From Abditibacteriaceae bacterium (GTDB taxonomy: Bacteria > Armatimonadota > Abditibacteriia > Abditibacteriales > Abditibacteriaceae), in NCBI GenBank assembly GCA_965277285.1, contig OZ255721.1, positions 1,984,001-2,048,000 on the forward strand: a stretch of DNA of 64,000 bases, in the 5' to 3' direction. This document shows positions 1 through 9,332 of the stretch, one piece after another. A program made the position numbers and the translations under genes. Position 1 is the first letter of the stretch; each line of letters opens with the position of its first letter. The notes under the pieces were generated by a model, which was given only the letters and a program-made list of their open reading frames with translations, had not been told where the DNA came from and did not search any database.

Positions 1-1356
1 GATCCCGAACGGGTGGTGCAGTTCGTCAAGCGCTTCATGGGCGTCAAAGAACACCGCATCCACGTCAAAAATGAAACGTATTCGCCCGAGTTCATTTCTT
101 CGCTGATTTTGCGCAAAGTGGTGCAAGAAGCGCAGGACGAACTGGGAGAGCAAGTCACCGCCGCGGTCATCACGGTGCCGGCATATTTCACTGAAGCGCA
201 GCGTCACGCGACCTATGAAGCGGGACAACTGGCTGGTTTGAACGTGTTGCGCATCATCAACGAACCGACGGCAGCCGCTTTGTCTTACGGCATTACGCGG
301 CGCGGGAAACGTCGCAACATCCTGGTATATGACTTGGGCGGCGGAACCTTCGACATCACTATTCTGGCTATTGACAACGATTCGCTGAATGTCATAGCGG
401 TCGGCGGTGATCCGCATTTGGGCGGCAAAGACTTCGATGATCGCATCATGAACTTCATCGAAGATGATTTGCGCGAAAAATACGGTTTCGAAATGGGCAA
501 CGACGCCAGTCTGGAAGCGGAATTGCGTTTGAAATCCGAAGCTGCCAAGCGCCAACTGACGGCGCGCCAATCGGTACCGATCACGCTGAAAGTGCGGCGC
601 ACCATGGCCGCGGGTGCGGGCACGATGGACACCTTTATTCCGGTTCGCGTCGAACTGACGCGCGAAATCTTCGATTCGATGTGCGCCGACTTGTTAACGC
701 GCACGGAATTGATGCTGGAAGCGGTGATGCAGCAGGCGAACATGGGTTGGAACGATATCAGCGAAGCGTTATGCGTCGGTGGTAGTTCGCGGATGCCGAT
801 GGTACGCGAAATGTTGACGCGTTTGTCGGGCAAAAGGCCGCTGTTGCACGATCCCGATGAATGCGTGGCGAAGGGCGCGGCGTTGCAAGCGGCTCTTATC
901 GTTAAAGACGATACAGTGGCAAACGTCAGCGTCGGCCATGTGTTGGCGCACTCGCTGGGCGTGGCCACGGTGCGCGATGGACGCACCATTATCGAACACG
1001 TTATTCCCGCATTGACGCCTTTGCCCTGCTCGCAAAGCCGCGATGGTTACACGACAACTTTCGATGATCAAAACCAGGTGCAAATTCGTGTTTACGAAGG
1101 CGAAAGTACCGATCCGAACGCTCATCCATCCGGCCCGATTGGTGTTTTCAACCTTGACGTGAATCCGCCGCGACCCAAAGGTCAACCAAAAATCAGTGTC
1201 GAGTTTCGCTGCGACGAAAACGGGCGTATTACGGCTCTGGCACGCGACCGCGACACCGGCAAGGAAAGCCGCAGTCTGATCGCGTTGACGGGAGCACGTA
1301 GCGACATGGAAGTGGAAAACGAAGCGATGCTGCTGTCCAGCGCCGTGATTTCCTAA
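1..1356 (+). CDS. Hsp70/DnaK-family protein, 5'-truncated by the window edge; short C-terminus without the helical lid
   Basis: Motifs AVITVPAYF, LRIINEPTAAAL, VYDLGGGTFD, GGKDFD, VGGSSRMP and VAKGAA; the reading frame is open back to the window start. Confidence 0.93.
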   Translation, partial: DPERVVQFVKRFMGVKEHRIHVKNETYSPEFISSLILRKVVQEAQDELGEQVTAAVITVPAYFTEAQRHATYEAGQLAGLNVLRIINEPTAAALSYGITRRGKRRNILVYDLGGGTFDITILAIDNDSLNVIAVGGDPHLGGKDFDDRIMNFIEDDLREKYGFEMGNDASLEAELRLKSEAAKRQLTARQSVPITLKVRRTMAAGAGTMDTFIPVRVELTREIFDSMCADLLTRTELMLEAVMQQANMGWNDISEALCVGGSSRMPMVREMLTRLSGKRPLLHDPDECVAKGAALQAALIVKDDTVANVSVGHVLAHSLGVATVRDGRTIIEHVIPALTPLPCSQSRDGYTTTFDDQNQVQIRVYEGESTDPNAHPSGPIGVFNLDVNPPRPKGQPKISVEFRCDENGRITALARDRDTGKESRSLIALTGARSDMEVENEAMLLSSAVIS

Positions 1357-1518
1357 CTGGATGTTATCGAGTACTCGATAAGCGGAACGTTCCGGCAATC
1401 AATATAATCGAAGCGTTTTGCCGTTTTCTCAGGTTAGTGATACACTTGCGCCGCTTAAAATTCGCTTGACGAGAACTGCAGTTTCCAGATACATCAGGCG
1501 CCACACAAAGGACGTGAA

Positions 1519-2403
1519 TTGGTGAACAACACGACAATACAGGCAAACGGCAGCGGCGCGGCCTCCGACTTCATCGATTTTTATCAATTGCTGGGCGCGG
1601 ATCAGGAAGCAACGACAACCGCTCTGCGCCGTCGCATCAACGATTTATATACCGAAGCACAAAGCAACCGCGACCATCGCAACCCGGCCAAGCGCCGTCG
1701 CTACGAAGCACTTTGCGAACTGTTGCCTTATTGCCGCATCGTTTTGCTCGATCCCGATAAGCGCGTGCGCTACGACCGTTACCGCGAACAGTTTCAAGGT
1801 GGCGCCAGCGTGCCCGCGTTCGAAAACATGATGGACGAAATCGCCGGTCGCATTGAAGACGACATGAGCAACGGAACTGGCGAAAAAGTCGGATTGCTGG
1901 GTGTTGAAGGCGACGACGATTATTTGCCGGTAACGCCCGATGCTCAAGGCAATATAGGACAAGGCGGACGTGAATCTTCCGGTGTGCCTTTGCCGCGCGA
2001 AACGCATTCGCGCGACGTCACGCCGCGGCGCTCGGGATTATTCGACAAACCTTCGCCGCGTTCGGCTGCCACACGCAACGCCAGTTCAACCGAAACTCCG
2101 TCTTACACCAGTTCCACGCCGGTGGTAAATGCGTCCGGTAACGCTTCTGCAAACGCCAATTTGCGACAGGAACCTGTTGTGGAGGAACGCGCACCGACGC
2201 GTCGCTCATCCGCCACTGGCGCAGGTTTAACGCCTGTCGTTTGGGGTATCATCGCTCTCGTAATCGGGACGTTGGCCGCTCACGATGTTCTCAAAGGCAC
2301 AACTTGGGATCGTTCTCTGCTCATTGGTGTTGTCGTCGGCGTCATAGCCTACGTCGTCACGAATTCGCTGGGAACGCCTTCTGGTCGCAATCGCGTTCAA
2401 TAA
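1519..2403 (+). CDS. J-domain-like membrane protein lacking the HPD motif
   Basis: N-terminal DFYQLLG...LLDPDKRVRYD resembles J-domain helices I and IV; low-complexity middle; two C-terminal hydrophobic segments; directly downstream of the Hsp70 gene. Confidence 0.65.
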   Translation: MVNNTTIQANGSGAASDFIDFYQLLGADQEATTTALRRRINDLYTEAQSNRDHRNPAKRRRYEALCELLPYCRIVLLDPDKRVRYDRYREQFQGGASVPAFENMMDEIAGRIEDDMSNGTGEKVGLLGVEGDDDYLPVTPDAQGNIGQGGRESSGVPLPRETHSRDVTPRRSGLFDKPSPRSAATRNASSTETPSYTSSTPVVNASGNASANANLRQEPVVEERAPTRRSSATGAGLTPVVWGIIALVIGTLAAHDVLKGTTWDRSLLIGVVVGVIAYVVTNSLGTPSGRNRVQ

Positions 2404-2417
2404 AACCTGATAAATTC

Positions 2418-2463
2418 AAAAGCAGAGCGCGTTGATTATGAAAATCAACGCGCTCTGCTTTTT
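2418..2463. terminator. Bidirectional intrinsic terminator
   Basis: AAAAGCAGAGCGCGTTGATT-loop-AATCAACGCGCTCTGCTTTT between convergent genes. Confidence 0.85.
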
Positions 2464-2535
2464 GCCATAACATCGAGTACTCGATGTTATGGCGCTTCGA
2501 TCATTCATTATTGAAATCTGCAAGCTAATCCGTTC

Positions 2536-2606
2536 CAGAACCCCAAGCGTCAGCGCGGGGCTGGCGTAGCAGTGATTCCAGCCCCGCGCTGAGGCTTGGA
2601 GTTCTG
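2536..2606. repeat. REP-like inverted pair, family A (GAACCCnAAGCGTnAGCGnnGGGCT), copy 1
   Basis: Two inverted arms of about 29 bp; the same arm recurs at seven other loci. Confidence 0.9.
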
Positions 2607-2627
2607 TTATCGTGCTTCTCTAACGTT

Positions 2628-5585
2628 TTACCCGTTGGCGCCGACGCGTAAGGTTTTAATCAGCGTCGCCAGATGGAGCGGCGAAAAAGAAACGTTGACC
2701 GGTTTGCCTTCATAAATGATTTCAAAGCGCGCGTCGCCGATTTCAAAGCCGATGAGTTGCGGCGTGTTGTAAACCGAAACCACAACTAAGAGAGCGCCTT
2801 GCACGAGTTGGGTTTCCGCGCTGCGAATTTGCGCCAGATCGGTTTGCCAGATTTCCTTTTGGCGACTGGGATCGCTGCTGCGCATGGTGAAAAGCAAGCG
2901 CGAGTTGGTGACGACAAGCGTTCCCGAATTGACGCGCATCCAGCGATAGCCATTCCAGTCTTTTTGCGACATACACAAATTGGCGGCACTTTCCCAGCGC
3001 ACTTCTTCGTTCGCATGAAGTTGCGCCCGCACGCCATCGTTGCGCAACGCGACATAAGTTTCCTGACCGCTCGGCGCCGTTTGCGTGCTCAGGCGACGGA
3101 AGGGTAGATAACCGCCGATCACAGAACGTTTGAGCAGTTCGCTCCATTCGCTCAAGCGTTGCGCGTTCGCGCGATTTTGCGTTTGCTGCCATTGTTCTCT
3201 GTCCGCCTGACGCTGGTTTTGCAAGCGTTGCAGTTCGCCTTTAAGAACGCGCGCTTCACTTTCCGTCGGCAATCCCAAGCCGCGACGTTGCCAATCGCGC
3301 AAGGCGAGTGATTGTCCCACAGAAGGTCTCAAGGCGACCGAAGTTGTTTTGACTAACTTTTGCAAATCGCCTTTTTCGGTGTCGAATTCAGTCTGGCAGG
3401 CGCCGCACATCAAGCCCGCGCGACCGCTGCTTTTGCCGCCTGCCGCGATGTACCATTGTTCGATGGGACGCACTCCGCTCCAACCCTGCGCCCAATTGGG
3501 AAGCGGCGTTTCACTACGCACCAGTTGCAAAGTTTGTTGCGCCTGATCGTAATTCCATTCGGCGCGACAATTGGCGCAATGCACGTTGCCCGAAGGATAC
3601 GGCAAGCCAGCCGCCATCTTTTCCCAATCGTCCTGCGGCAAGGTTTTGCCCGCCCATTTTTCCCACATGCCAAACGGATCGCGGTTACCGCCACGCGCCA
3701 GCGTTCGCGCGGCGGCATCCACATAATCGAATTGTGCATGACAATTATCGCACTCGGAATATTCGTCCTTTCGAGTACTCAATTGCTTCCATTGTGCAAC
3801 AGGAAGCGCGCGGCCTTTGTGCAATGTGCCGATGCCGAACGGGTCGCGCCCGAACGAATCCAAGCGCGCGTGATGCGCTCCGATGTCGAAAGTCGCTTCG
3901 CAATGAGGACAAATGCCCCACAAATCGTCGAGCAATCCGCCCATTTTGCGCCGATGTTCTTCGCGCAAAACGGTCGTGTGGCAAACCGCACAAAACATCG
4001 CGTCGCCCTTCAATTGCTGATGTTGAAGATGACCTTCGCGGCACACGACGCACAAATTGGCGTCCCAAACACGTCGTTCCATTTGCGCCGCCAGGCACAG
4101 CGGACACGTTCCATTCGGCTGCGCCGTGACCGGAGAAAGGTCGCGCGTGCGGCAACCCGGACATTGATTGCCTGGCGTCGCCAAGCGCGCCAAGGCTTCA
4201 AACTGCTTTTCGATTTGCGAAATTCGCGCATCGTTCGGATGAATTTGAGGCATCGCGTTGGCGTCCATTTCGCGCCGCAATGCTTGCAAACGCGCCGCAT
4301 AAGGATCAGTGCGCGGCGCTGTAGTTGTCGCGTTTCGAGTACTCGGAGCCATGCTTGTCGCAGCCGAAACGCGCGTTGTGCTGCCACTCGGAACATTGCC
4401 CACAGTTCCGCTCGATGGAAGCGGCGAAGGATAAGCGCCGCGGTTGGAAGCGCCATTTTGCGGCGTAGTTGAGCGTGAAGAGCGGACATTGGCCGCGACA
4501 TCGGTAGCGTTTTGCGCTGTGTCGGCGGGCAAAGGACGACCGCATTGTTCGCACGGCGTGCCCGGCGGCGGCGCAACCGGAGCGCGATGCACATGACCGC
4601 AAAACGGACACGTCACTTCGACTGGAAAACGTGCGGCGCGCAAATCTTGCTGCAACGCCGCCACATCGGGATAACGCTTGGCCGGATCAAACGCGATCAT
4701 GTGTAAAATGATCGCGTTCATGCCTTCGCTCAAGTTCAAGTTGAAATCAGTCGGCTTTTTCGAGCGCATCTGCGCCAGCTCGTCCGGCTCAGTCGGGTCG
4801 AGGTCGCACAGCAAGCGATAAAGCGTCATGCCCAGAGCGAGAATATCGGTGCGCGCGTCCGGGTGCGCTTGTTCTTCCTGCGATTCGGGCGCGTAACCCA
4901 GCGTTCCCAAACCCGTGCTGCCGCGCTTCAGAATTGTTCCGTAGCCGCCCGCAGTCGCCGAAGGTTTCACCAGACCGAAGTCGATCAACATCGCCTGATC
5001 GGTGTCTTTCTGGATTTTAATGTTGGCGGGTTTGATGTCGCGGTGGCTCAAGCCTTTGGCGTGAACCGCGCGCAAGGCATCGCACACTTGCAATGTGTAA
5101 TCGAGTACTCGATCTTCTTCCAAAGGCCGCCCATTTTGAAGCAGCATTTCTTCCAAATCGGGGCCTTCGATGAAGTCCATCAACAAGTAAAAACGGTCGC
5201 GCACGACTTGCAAAGGCGCGCCGTGATCAGGGCAGTTTTTCATGCCCTTGAAGGTTTGACCACAAACGGGACAAGCCAACCAGACGCCGCGCTCGGGTTC
5301 AAAATAGGCGGCGGGAATGTGCGGGTTGCGCAACGTCTGCAGCACATACGCTTCTTCCTGGAACATTTGCAACGCTTCGGCGCGTTCGTCGCGTGAGGTC
5401 TGCGGGTCGGACAAAACGTGCATTTCCTTGCACGCAAGGGTCAAAGTTCGCGCTCCCAAGCTTTCTTCGACGCGATAAACGGTGCCAAACGCGCCCGCGC
5501 CCAAAACATCGCGCACGGTGTAACGCTCTTTGATACAATCGCCAATCGCGTGGCGCAAAGAATAAGGAGAAACGGGAACGGACAT
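2628..5585 (-). CDS. Hanks-type Ser/Thr protein kinase with many CxxC zinc ribbons and a C-terminal PH-like domain
   Basis: GAGAFG, ACKEM, HRDIKPAN, DFG and GTLGYAPE motifs; more than 10 CxxC pairs; C-terminal GTLVVTNSRLLF. Start moved to ATG 5585 because the upstream extension translates repeats. Confidence 0.9.
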   Translation of the reverse strand: MSVPVSPYSLRHAIGDCIKERYTVRDVLGAGAFGTVYRVEESLGARTLTLACKEMHVLSDPQTSRDERAEALQMFQEEAYVLQTLRNPHIPAAYFEPERGVWLACPVCGQTFKGMKNCPDHGAPLQVVRDRFYLLMDFIEGPDLEEMLLQNGRPLEEDRVLDYTLQVCDALRAVHAKGLSHRDIKPANIKIQKDTDQAMLIDFGLVKPSATAGGYGTILKRGSTGLGTLGYAPESQEEQAHPDARTDILALGMTLYRLLCDLDPTEPDELAQMRSKKPTDFNLNLSEGMNAIILHMIAFDPAKRYPDVAALQQDLRAARFPVEVTCPFCGHVHRAPVAPPPGTPCEQCGRPLPADTAQNATDVAANVRSSRSTTPQNGASNRGAYPSPLPSSGTVGNVPSGSTTRVSAATSMAPSTRNATTTAPRTDPYAARLQALRREMDANAMPQIHPNDARISQIEKQFEALARLATPGNQCPGCRTRDLSPVTAQPNGTCPLCLAAQMERRVWDANLCVVCREGHLQHQQLKGDAMFCAVCHTTVLREEHRRKMGGLLDDLWGICPHCEATFDIGAHHARLDSFGRDPFGIGTLHKGRALPVAQWKQLSTRKDEYSECDNCHAQFDYVDAAARTLARGGNRDPFGMWEKWAGKTLPQDDWEKMAAGLPYPSGNVHCANCRAEWNYDQAQQTLQLVRSETPLPNWAQGWSGVRPIEQWYIAAGGKSSGRAGLMCGACQTEFDTEKGDLQKLVKTTSVALRPSVGQSLALRDWQRRGLGLPTESEARVLKGELQRLQNQRQADREQWQQTQNRANAQRLSEWSELLKRSVIGGYLPFRRLSTQTAPSGQETYVALRNDGVRAQLHANEEVRWESAANLCMSQKDWNGYRWMRVNSGTLVVTNSRLLFTMRSSDPSRQKEIWQTDLAQIRSAETQLVQGALLVVVSVYNTPQLIGFEIGDARFEIIYEGKPVNVSFSPLHLATLIKTLRVGANG

Positions 5586-5592
5586 TGTCAAA

Positions 5593-5651
5593 AATGCGGA
5601 ATACGGAATGATGAATACGGAATGATGAATACGGAATGATGAATACGGAAT
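5593..5651. repeat. Heptamer tandem repeat (GAATGAT / GAATACG)
   Basis: aatgcggaatacggaatgatgaatacggaatgatgaat...; the same family occurs near 9238-9270, 20466-20497 and 55262-55370. Confidence 0.85.
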
Positions 5652-5735
5652 ACGAACCCGGAGCGTAAGCGACGGGCTTACATAAGAGTTACATGAAACT
5701 ATCAGGTAAGCCCGTCGCTTACGCTCCGGGTTCGT
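5652..5735. repeat. REP-like inverted pair, family A, copy 2 (contains the panC stop)
   Basis: ACGAACCCGGAGCGTAAGCGACGGGCTTAC followed by its perfect reverse complement. Confidence 0.9.
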
Positions 5736-6630
5736 TGTAATAGATCGCCATGTTGTCAATTAAACGTGTCGTGCCGATTTTTGCTGCGATGAGAACGCGC
5801 GCCGGATGTTCATTTAACGTTTCCAATGGCTCCAATGTTTCGCTGTTCACAATGGCAATGTATTGAATTTGAAGCTGCGGTTCACTCAAGCAGACTTGTT
5901 CGATGACGCTATTTAATCGCTTCACGTCACGCTCGCCATTTTTCGCGGCGTCAATTCCGGCCTGCAAAGCGCGCGAAAGAATTGTCGCGCTCTGGCGTTG
6001 CGCAGCATTCAAATACGCGTTGCGGCTGCTGAGCGCCAGGCCATCGCTTTCGCGGATAGTTTCGCAGGGCACGATTTCCACGTCGAGCCACAAATCGCGC
6101 ACCATGTGTTCGATGACTTTGAGTTGCTGATAATCTTTTTCGCCGAAATAGGCGCGACTGGGATTCGTCAGGTGAAACAGTTTTATCACGATTGTTGCCA
6201 CTCCGCGCAAATGCCCGGGCCGAATCGCGCCTTCCCAAACTTCACTCAACTGCAACACTTCAACAATTGTTTGAACATTGTTTGCCGAATGCGACACATC
6301 ATTTCGAGTACTCAATTGCGAATGCGACGCTGGATACATTTCTTCAGCGGATGGCGCGAACACGACATCGCAACCGCAACTTTGTAGCAACTGGCAATCA
6401 CGCTCGAAAGGACGCGCATATTTTTCAAAGTCTTCGCCGGGCGCGAACTGCGTCGGGTTGACGAAAACAGAAGCAACAAAAACGTCGTTTTCCCTTTGTG
6501 CGCGCCGCGCCAACGCGAGATGACCTTCGTGTAAAGCGCCCATCGTCGGCACGAAACCAATAGTTTTGTTGTCGCAACGCCGCGCCATTGTCCAACGCTG
6601 CATTTCGCGGGCAGACCGAATAATTTCCAT
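5719..6630 (-). CDS. panC: Pantoate--beta-alanine ligase
   Basis: FVPTMGALHEGH, FVNPTQF, FGEKDYQQ, GLALSSRN and TRLIDN motifs. Confidence 0.97.
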   Translation of the reverse strand: MEIIRSAREMQRWTMARRCDNKTIGFVPTMGALHEGHLALARRAQRENDVFVASVFVNPTQFAPGEDFEKYARPFERDCQLLQSCGCDVVFAPSAEEMYPASHSQLSTRNDVSHSANNVQTIVEVLQLSEVWEGAIRPGHLRGVATIVIKLFHLTNPSRAYFGEKDYQQLKVIEHMVRDLWLDVEIVPCETIRESDGLALSSRNAYLNAAQRQSATILSRALQAGIDAAKNGERDVKRLNSVIEQVCLSEPQLQIQYIAIVNSETLEPLETLNEHPARVLIAAKIGTTRLIDNMAIYYNEPGA

Positions 6631-6653
6631 TGTTTCGTTAATTGATTACCAGT

Positions 6654-6712
6654 AGAGAAAAGTGATTTGTAGGGGCGTCAGATTGCTGCGCCCCTACAAA
6701 TCACTTTTCTCT
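6654..6712. repeat. GTAG-type REP hairpin, family B (contains the panB stop)
   Basis: 24-bp stem AGAGAAAAGTGATTTGTAGGGGCG / CGCCCCTACAAATCACTTTTCTCT. Confidence 0.85.
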
Positions 6713-7635
6713 GCGACCTCGGCGTTCTCGGCGGTGAATGGTTTTTCGTGTTCCATCAACCAGAGTTTTCGTTCGTCTTCTGGCATCGCGTATTCGTTGT
6801 CGCGCGTTGGGAAAGTTGAAGAACGCACTTCATCGACAAAAGCGCGCGTCGCATGAAGCAACGTTTCGTGCGCTTTCGCATAACGCTTGACAAAACGAAA
6901 TGGTGCGCCTTCACCAAATCCCACCAAATCGTGCCACACCAAAACCTGACCGTCGCAACTTCCGCCAGCGCCGATTCCAATCGTCGGAATTCCCAAATCT
7001 GCGCTTAAAACTTGCGCCACTTCGGACGGAATCGCTTCCAACACAACTGCCACGCAACCCGCGTCTTGCAAGCGTCGCGCATCATCGCGCAATTGTCGCG
7101 CGGCCTCGACGCTGCGACCTTGCACAATGCCATTCAAAACCAGCGACGATTGCGGCGTAAATCCCAGATGCCCAATAACCGGCACGCCCATTTCAACGAG
7201 TACTCGAATCGCGTTCAACGAACTGGCGTTGGCGCCTTCAAGTTTCAAACCATGCGCGCCATTTTGCATCAACGTCCTGCCGCTTTGAACTGCGTCCTGA
7301 ACCGTTGCATAACTGCCAAACGGCAAATCGGCGACAACCGGAACATCGGCGCGCGACGACTTTTTCGCGCCACGCGCCACCGCGCCGGTGTGATGAAGCA
7401 TCATTTCGAGCGTCACGGGAATCGTCGAATCCAGTCCCAGCACAACGTTGCCCAATGAATCGCCGACCAGCAAAATATCGGCGCCCGCCTCGCAACAAAT
7501 CTGCGCGGTGGGCGCATCATAAACCGCGACCATCGCCAGAGGCGCGGCGCTTCGAGTACTCGATTGGGACGAATTATCTTGTCCAGCACGATTTTGCTTG
7601 GCATCGCGCAGCACGCGCAAAAGGGAAACGCTCAT
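6694..7635 (-). CDS. panB: 3-methyl-2-oxobutanoate hydroxymethyltransferase
   Basis: ILLVGDSLG, VVADLPFGSY, GHLGFTPQS, PTIGIGAG and CDGQVLV motifs; adjacent to panC. Confidence 0.97.
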   Translation of the reverse strand: MSVSLLRVLRDAKQNRAGQDNSSQSSTRSAAPLAMVAVYDAPTAQICCEAGADILLVGDSLGNVVLGLDSTIPVTLEMMLHHTGAVARGAKKSSRADVPVVADLPFGSYATVQDAVQSGRTLMQNGAHGLKLEGANASSLNAIRVLVEMGVPVIGHLGFTPQSSLVLNGIVQGRSVEAARQLRDDARRLQDAGCVAVVLEAIPSEVAQVLSADLGIPTIGIGAGGSCDGQVLVWHDLVGFGEGAPFRFVKRYAKAHETLLHATRAFVDEVRSSTFPTRDNEYAMPEDERKLWLMEHEKPFTAENAEVAEKSDL

Positions 7636-7720
7636 GTCAAACGCAGTTTATCGAATGAGCGAATTTGTTGCGCGCCTGTTCGCGTGTTTGTTGACGCAGT
7701 TGAGAAAAGAGACACGATAA

Positions 7721-7793
7721 CCAGAACCCCGAACGTGAGTGAGGGGCTGATGTAGCTGTTACATCAGCCCCTCACTCACGTTCGGGGTTCTGG
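7721..7793. repeat. REP-like inverted pair, family A, copy 3
   Basis: CCAGAACCCCGAACGTGAGTGAGGGGCTGATGTA followed by its perfect inverted copy. Confidence 0.9.
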
Positions 7794-7818
7794 ATTCGCG
7801 CAACTGCCTTACGCACCA

Positions 7819-9228
7819 CTAATGGTCTTTCGCATTGAGCGAACCCAGCGCCCAGCCCGCCAGCAATGCGGGGAACACGGCGCGTCCGCTCCACCAGAGA
7901 AGCGCGTCACTCAACGAAGGGACAGAAGAAGTGCCGCGTGCGGGGAAAGAAAGTGTCGCGGATAACAAAATTGCGATGGCCAGGCACGAAAACAATGGCG
8001 TATTGGTGCGTCGTGTCGAAAGCGAAAGCAAAAGTGCGAACGCCCATCCCAACGGCGCAAAAGCGATTCCCGCCAGCCCGACCAGCAACGATGTCGGCGT
8101 GCCTTCGACCGGAGAATGACGCTTCGCAATCGCGCCAAATGGCTCGATCCATTTGAGCAATGGCAGCGCCGCGCCCAACATGAACGCGCTCAAAACGCCA
8201 CTTATCAACAAACGTCCGGCGATAGGCGCGGCGGGCGACCACTGAAACGTTCCACCCATCGCCGAAAAATGTCCGCTCAACACCAACAAAGTCGATAGCA
8301 CCGCCAGCGCCGCACCGGAGATGACGCGCACCGCATCGTTTTCGAGTGCGCTGCTTGATTCATCATTTCGCGTTTCATCGCTTCGAGGTTCATTGCTTCG
8401 AGTACTCGAATTCGCTGTCGTCCGGCGCGCTTGTCCCAGTCCGTTGGCATCATGTTCCACAAAATCAGCGTGCGGAAATTCGTGCTCGCTGAAGCGGGCG
8501 GATTGAAAATCGGTAGGCGAAAAGCCGTTGACTTTGCTGGACAAAGCTTGCCACTTTTGTCGATACAATGTGTTCTGTGGCTGACTTTGAACGGCGCGCT
8601 CAAACATAAAAACGGCGACATCGAAGCGCCCTTGATCGGCGTAAATGTCGCCCAAAAGCGCGTGCGCCTCGGCGTTATTGGGGTCTTGAGATAGAACGCG
8701 GCGACACAAACCAATCGCTTCGCCAGCTTTTCCATAGAAAAAATAAAGTTCCGCCGCCTCGAAAACCTGCGTCAGCAAACGCGAACGCGTATCGCCCGTG
8801 CGACGATTCGCCGTTTTTACGGTGGTTTTCGCCGTCGTTTTGGTCGCTGTTTTCGCAGTTGAGGCAGCGCGCGCCGAAGTCGCCGTGCGCGCCGTTTGCG
8901 AAGAATTATCTTGGGAGGAAGTTGTCTGCGCAGCAGAAACGTTTCGCGTACTCGTTGCGGAAAAGTTCGTAGTTGACGATTGCGGTGGATGAATAACGAA
9001 GCTGGGCGCAGTGTTTTGCGTGCGGTCGTAGCGGGCGCGCGAAGCCGGATCGGAAAGCGTCGTCCACGCCTGATTGATGGCCAGCATTTGTGCGTGCGCC
9101 GATTCGCGCTGCGCAACTGGCAACGCATCGGGATGATGCTGCCGCACGAGTTGGCGATAGCGTCGCTTGATTTGCGCAATGTCCGCGTTCGACGTTACGC
9201 CCAAAGTTTGGTAGTGATCAGCTGGCAT
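7819..9228 (-). CDS. DnaJ-domain + TPR + multi-TM membrane protein
   Basis: HYQTLGV...HHPD...LSDPASRARYD J domain; TPR segment (DPNNAEAHALLGDIY); hydrophobic C-terminus. Confidence 0.85.
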   Translation of the reverse strand: MPADHYQTLGVTSNADIAQIKRRYRQLVRQHHPDALPVAQRESAHAQMLAINQAWTTLSDPASRARYDRTQNTAPSFVIHPPQSSTTNFSATSTRNVSAAQTTSSQDNSSQTARTATSARAASTAKTATKTTAKTTVKTANRRTGDTRSRLLTQVFEAAELYFFYGKAGEAIGLCRRVLSQDPNNAEAHALLGDIYADQGRFDVAVFMFERAVQSQPQNTLYRQKWQALSSKVNGFSPTDFQSARFSEHEFPHADFVEHDANGLGQARRTTANSSTRSNEPRSDETRNDESSSALENDAVRVISGAALAVLSTLLVLSGHFSAMGGTFQWSPAAPIAGRLLISGVLSAFMLGAALPLLKWIEPFGAIAKRHSPVEGTPTSLLVGLAGIAFAPLGWAFALLLSLSTRRTNTPLFSCLAIAILLSATLSFPARGTSSVPSLSDALLWWSGRAVFPALLAGWALGSLNAKDH

Positions 9229-9332
9229 AAAACTCAAATGATGAATGATGAATACGGAATGATGAATACGCTTCAAACGTTGCGCAAAGCGTTATCGAGT
9301 ACTCGAAGTGCGAGCCTGATTCATCATTTCCT

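Noticed and set aside
5586..5759. N-terminal extensions in the ORF track (kinase, J-TPR protein, murE, HNH, aminopeptidase, CDF)
   Set aside because: They are translations of repeats or intergenic DNA; downstream starts fit the family N-termini better.
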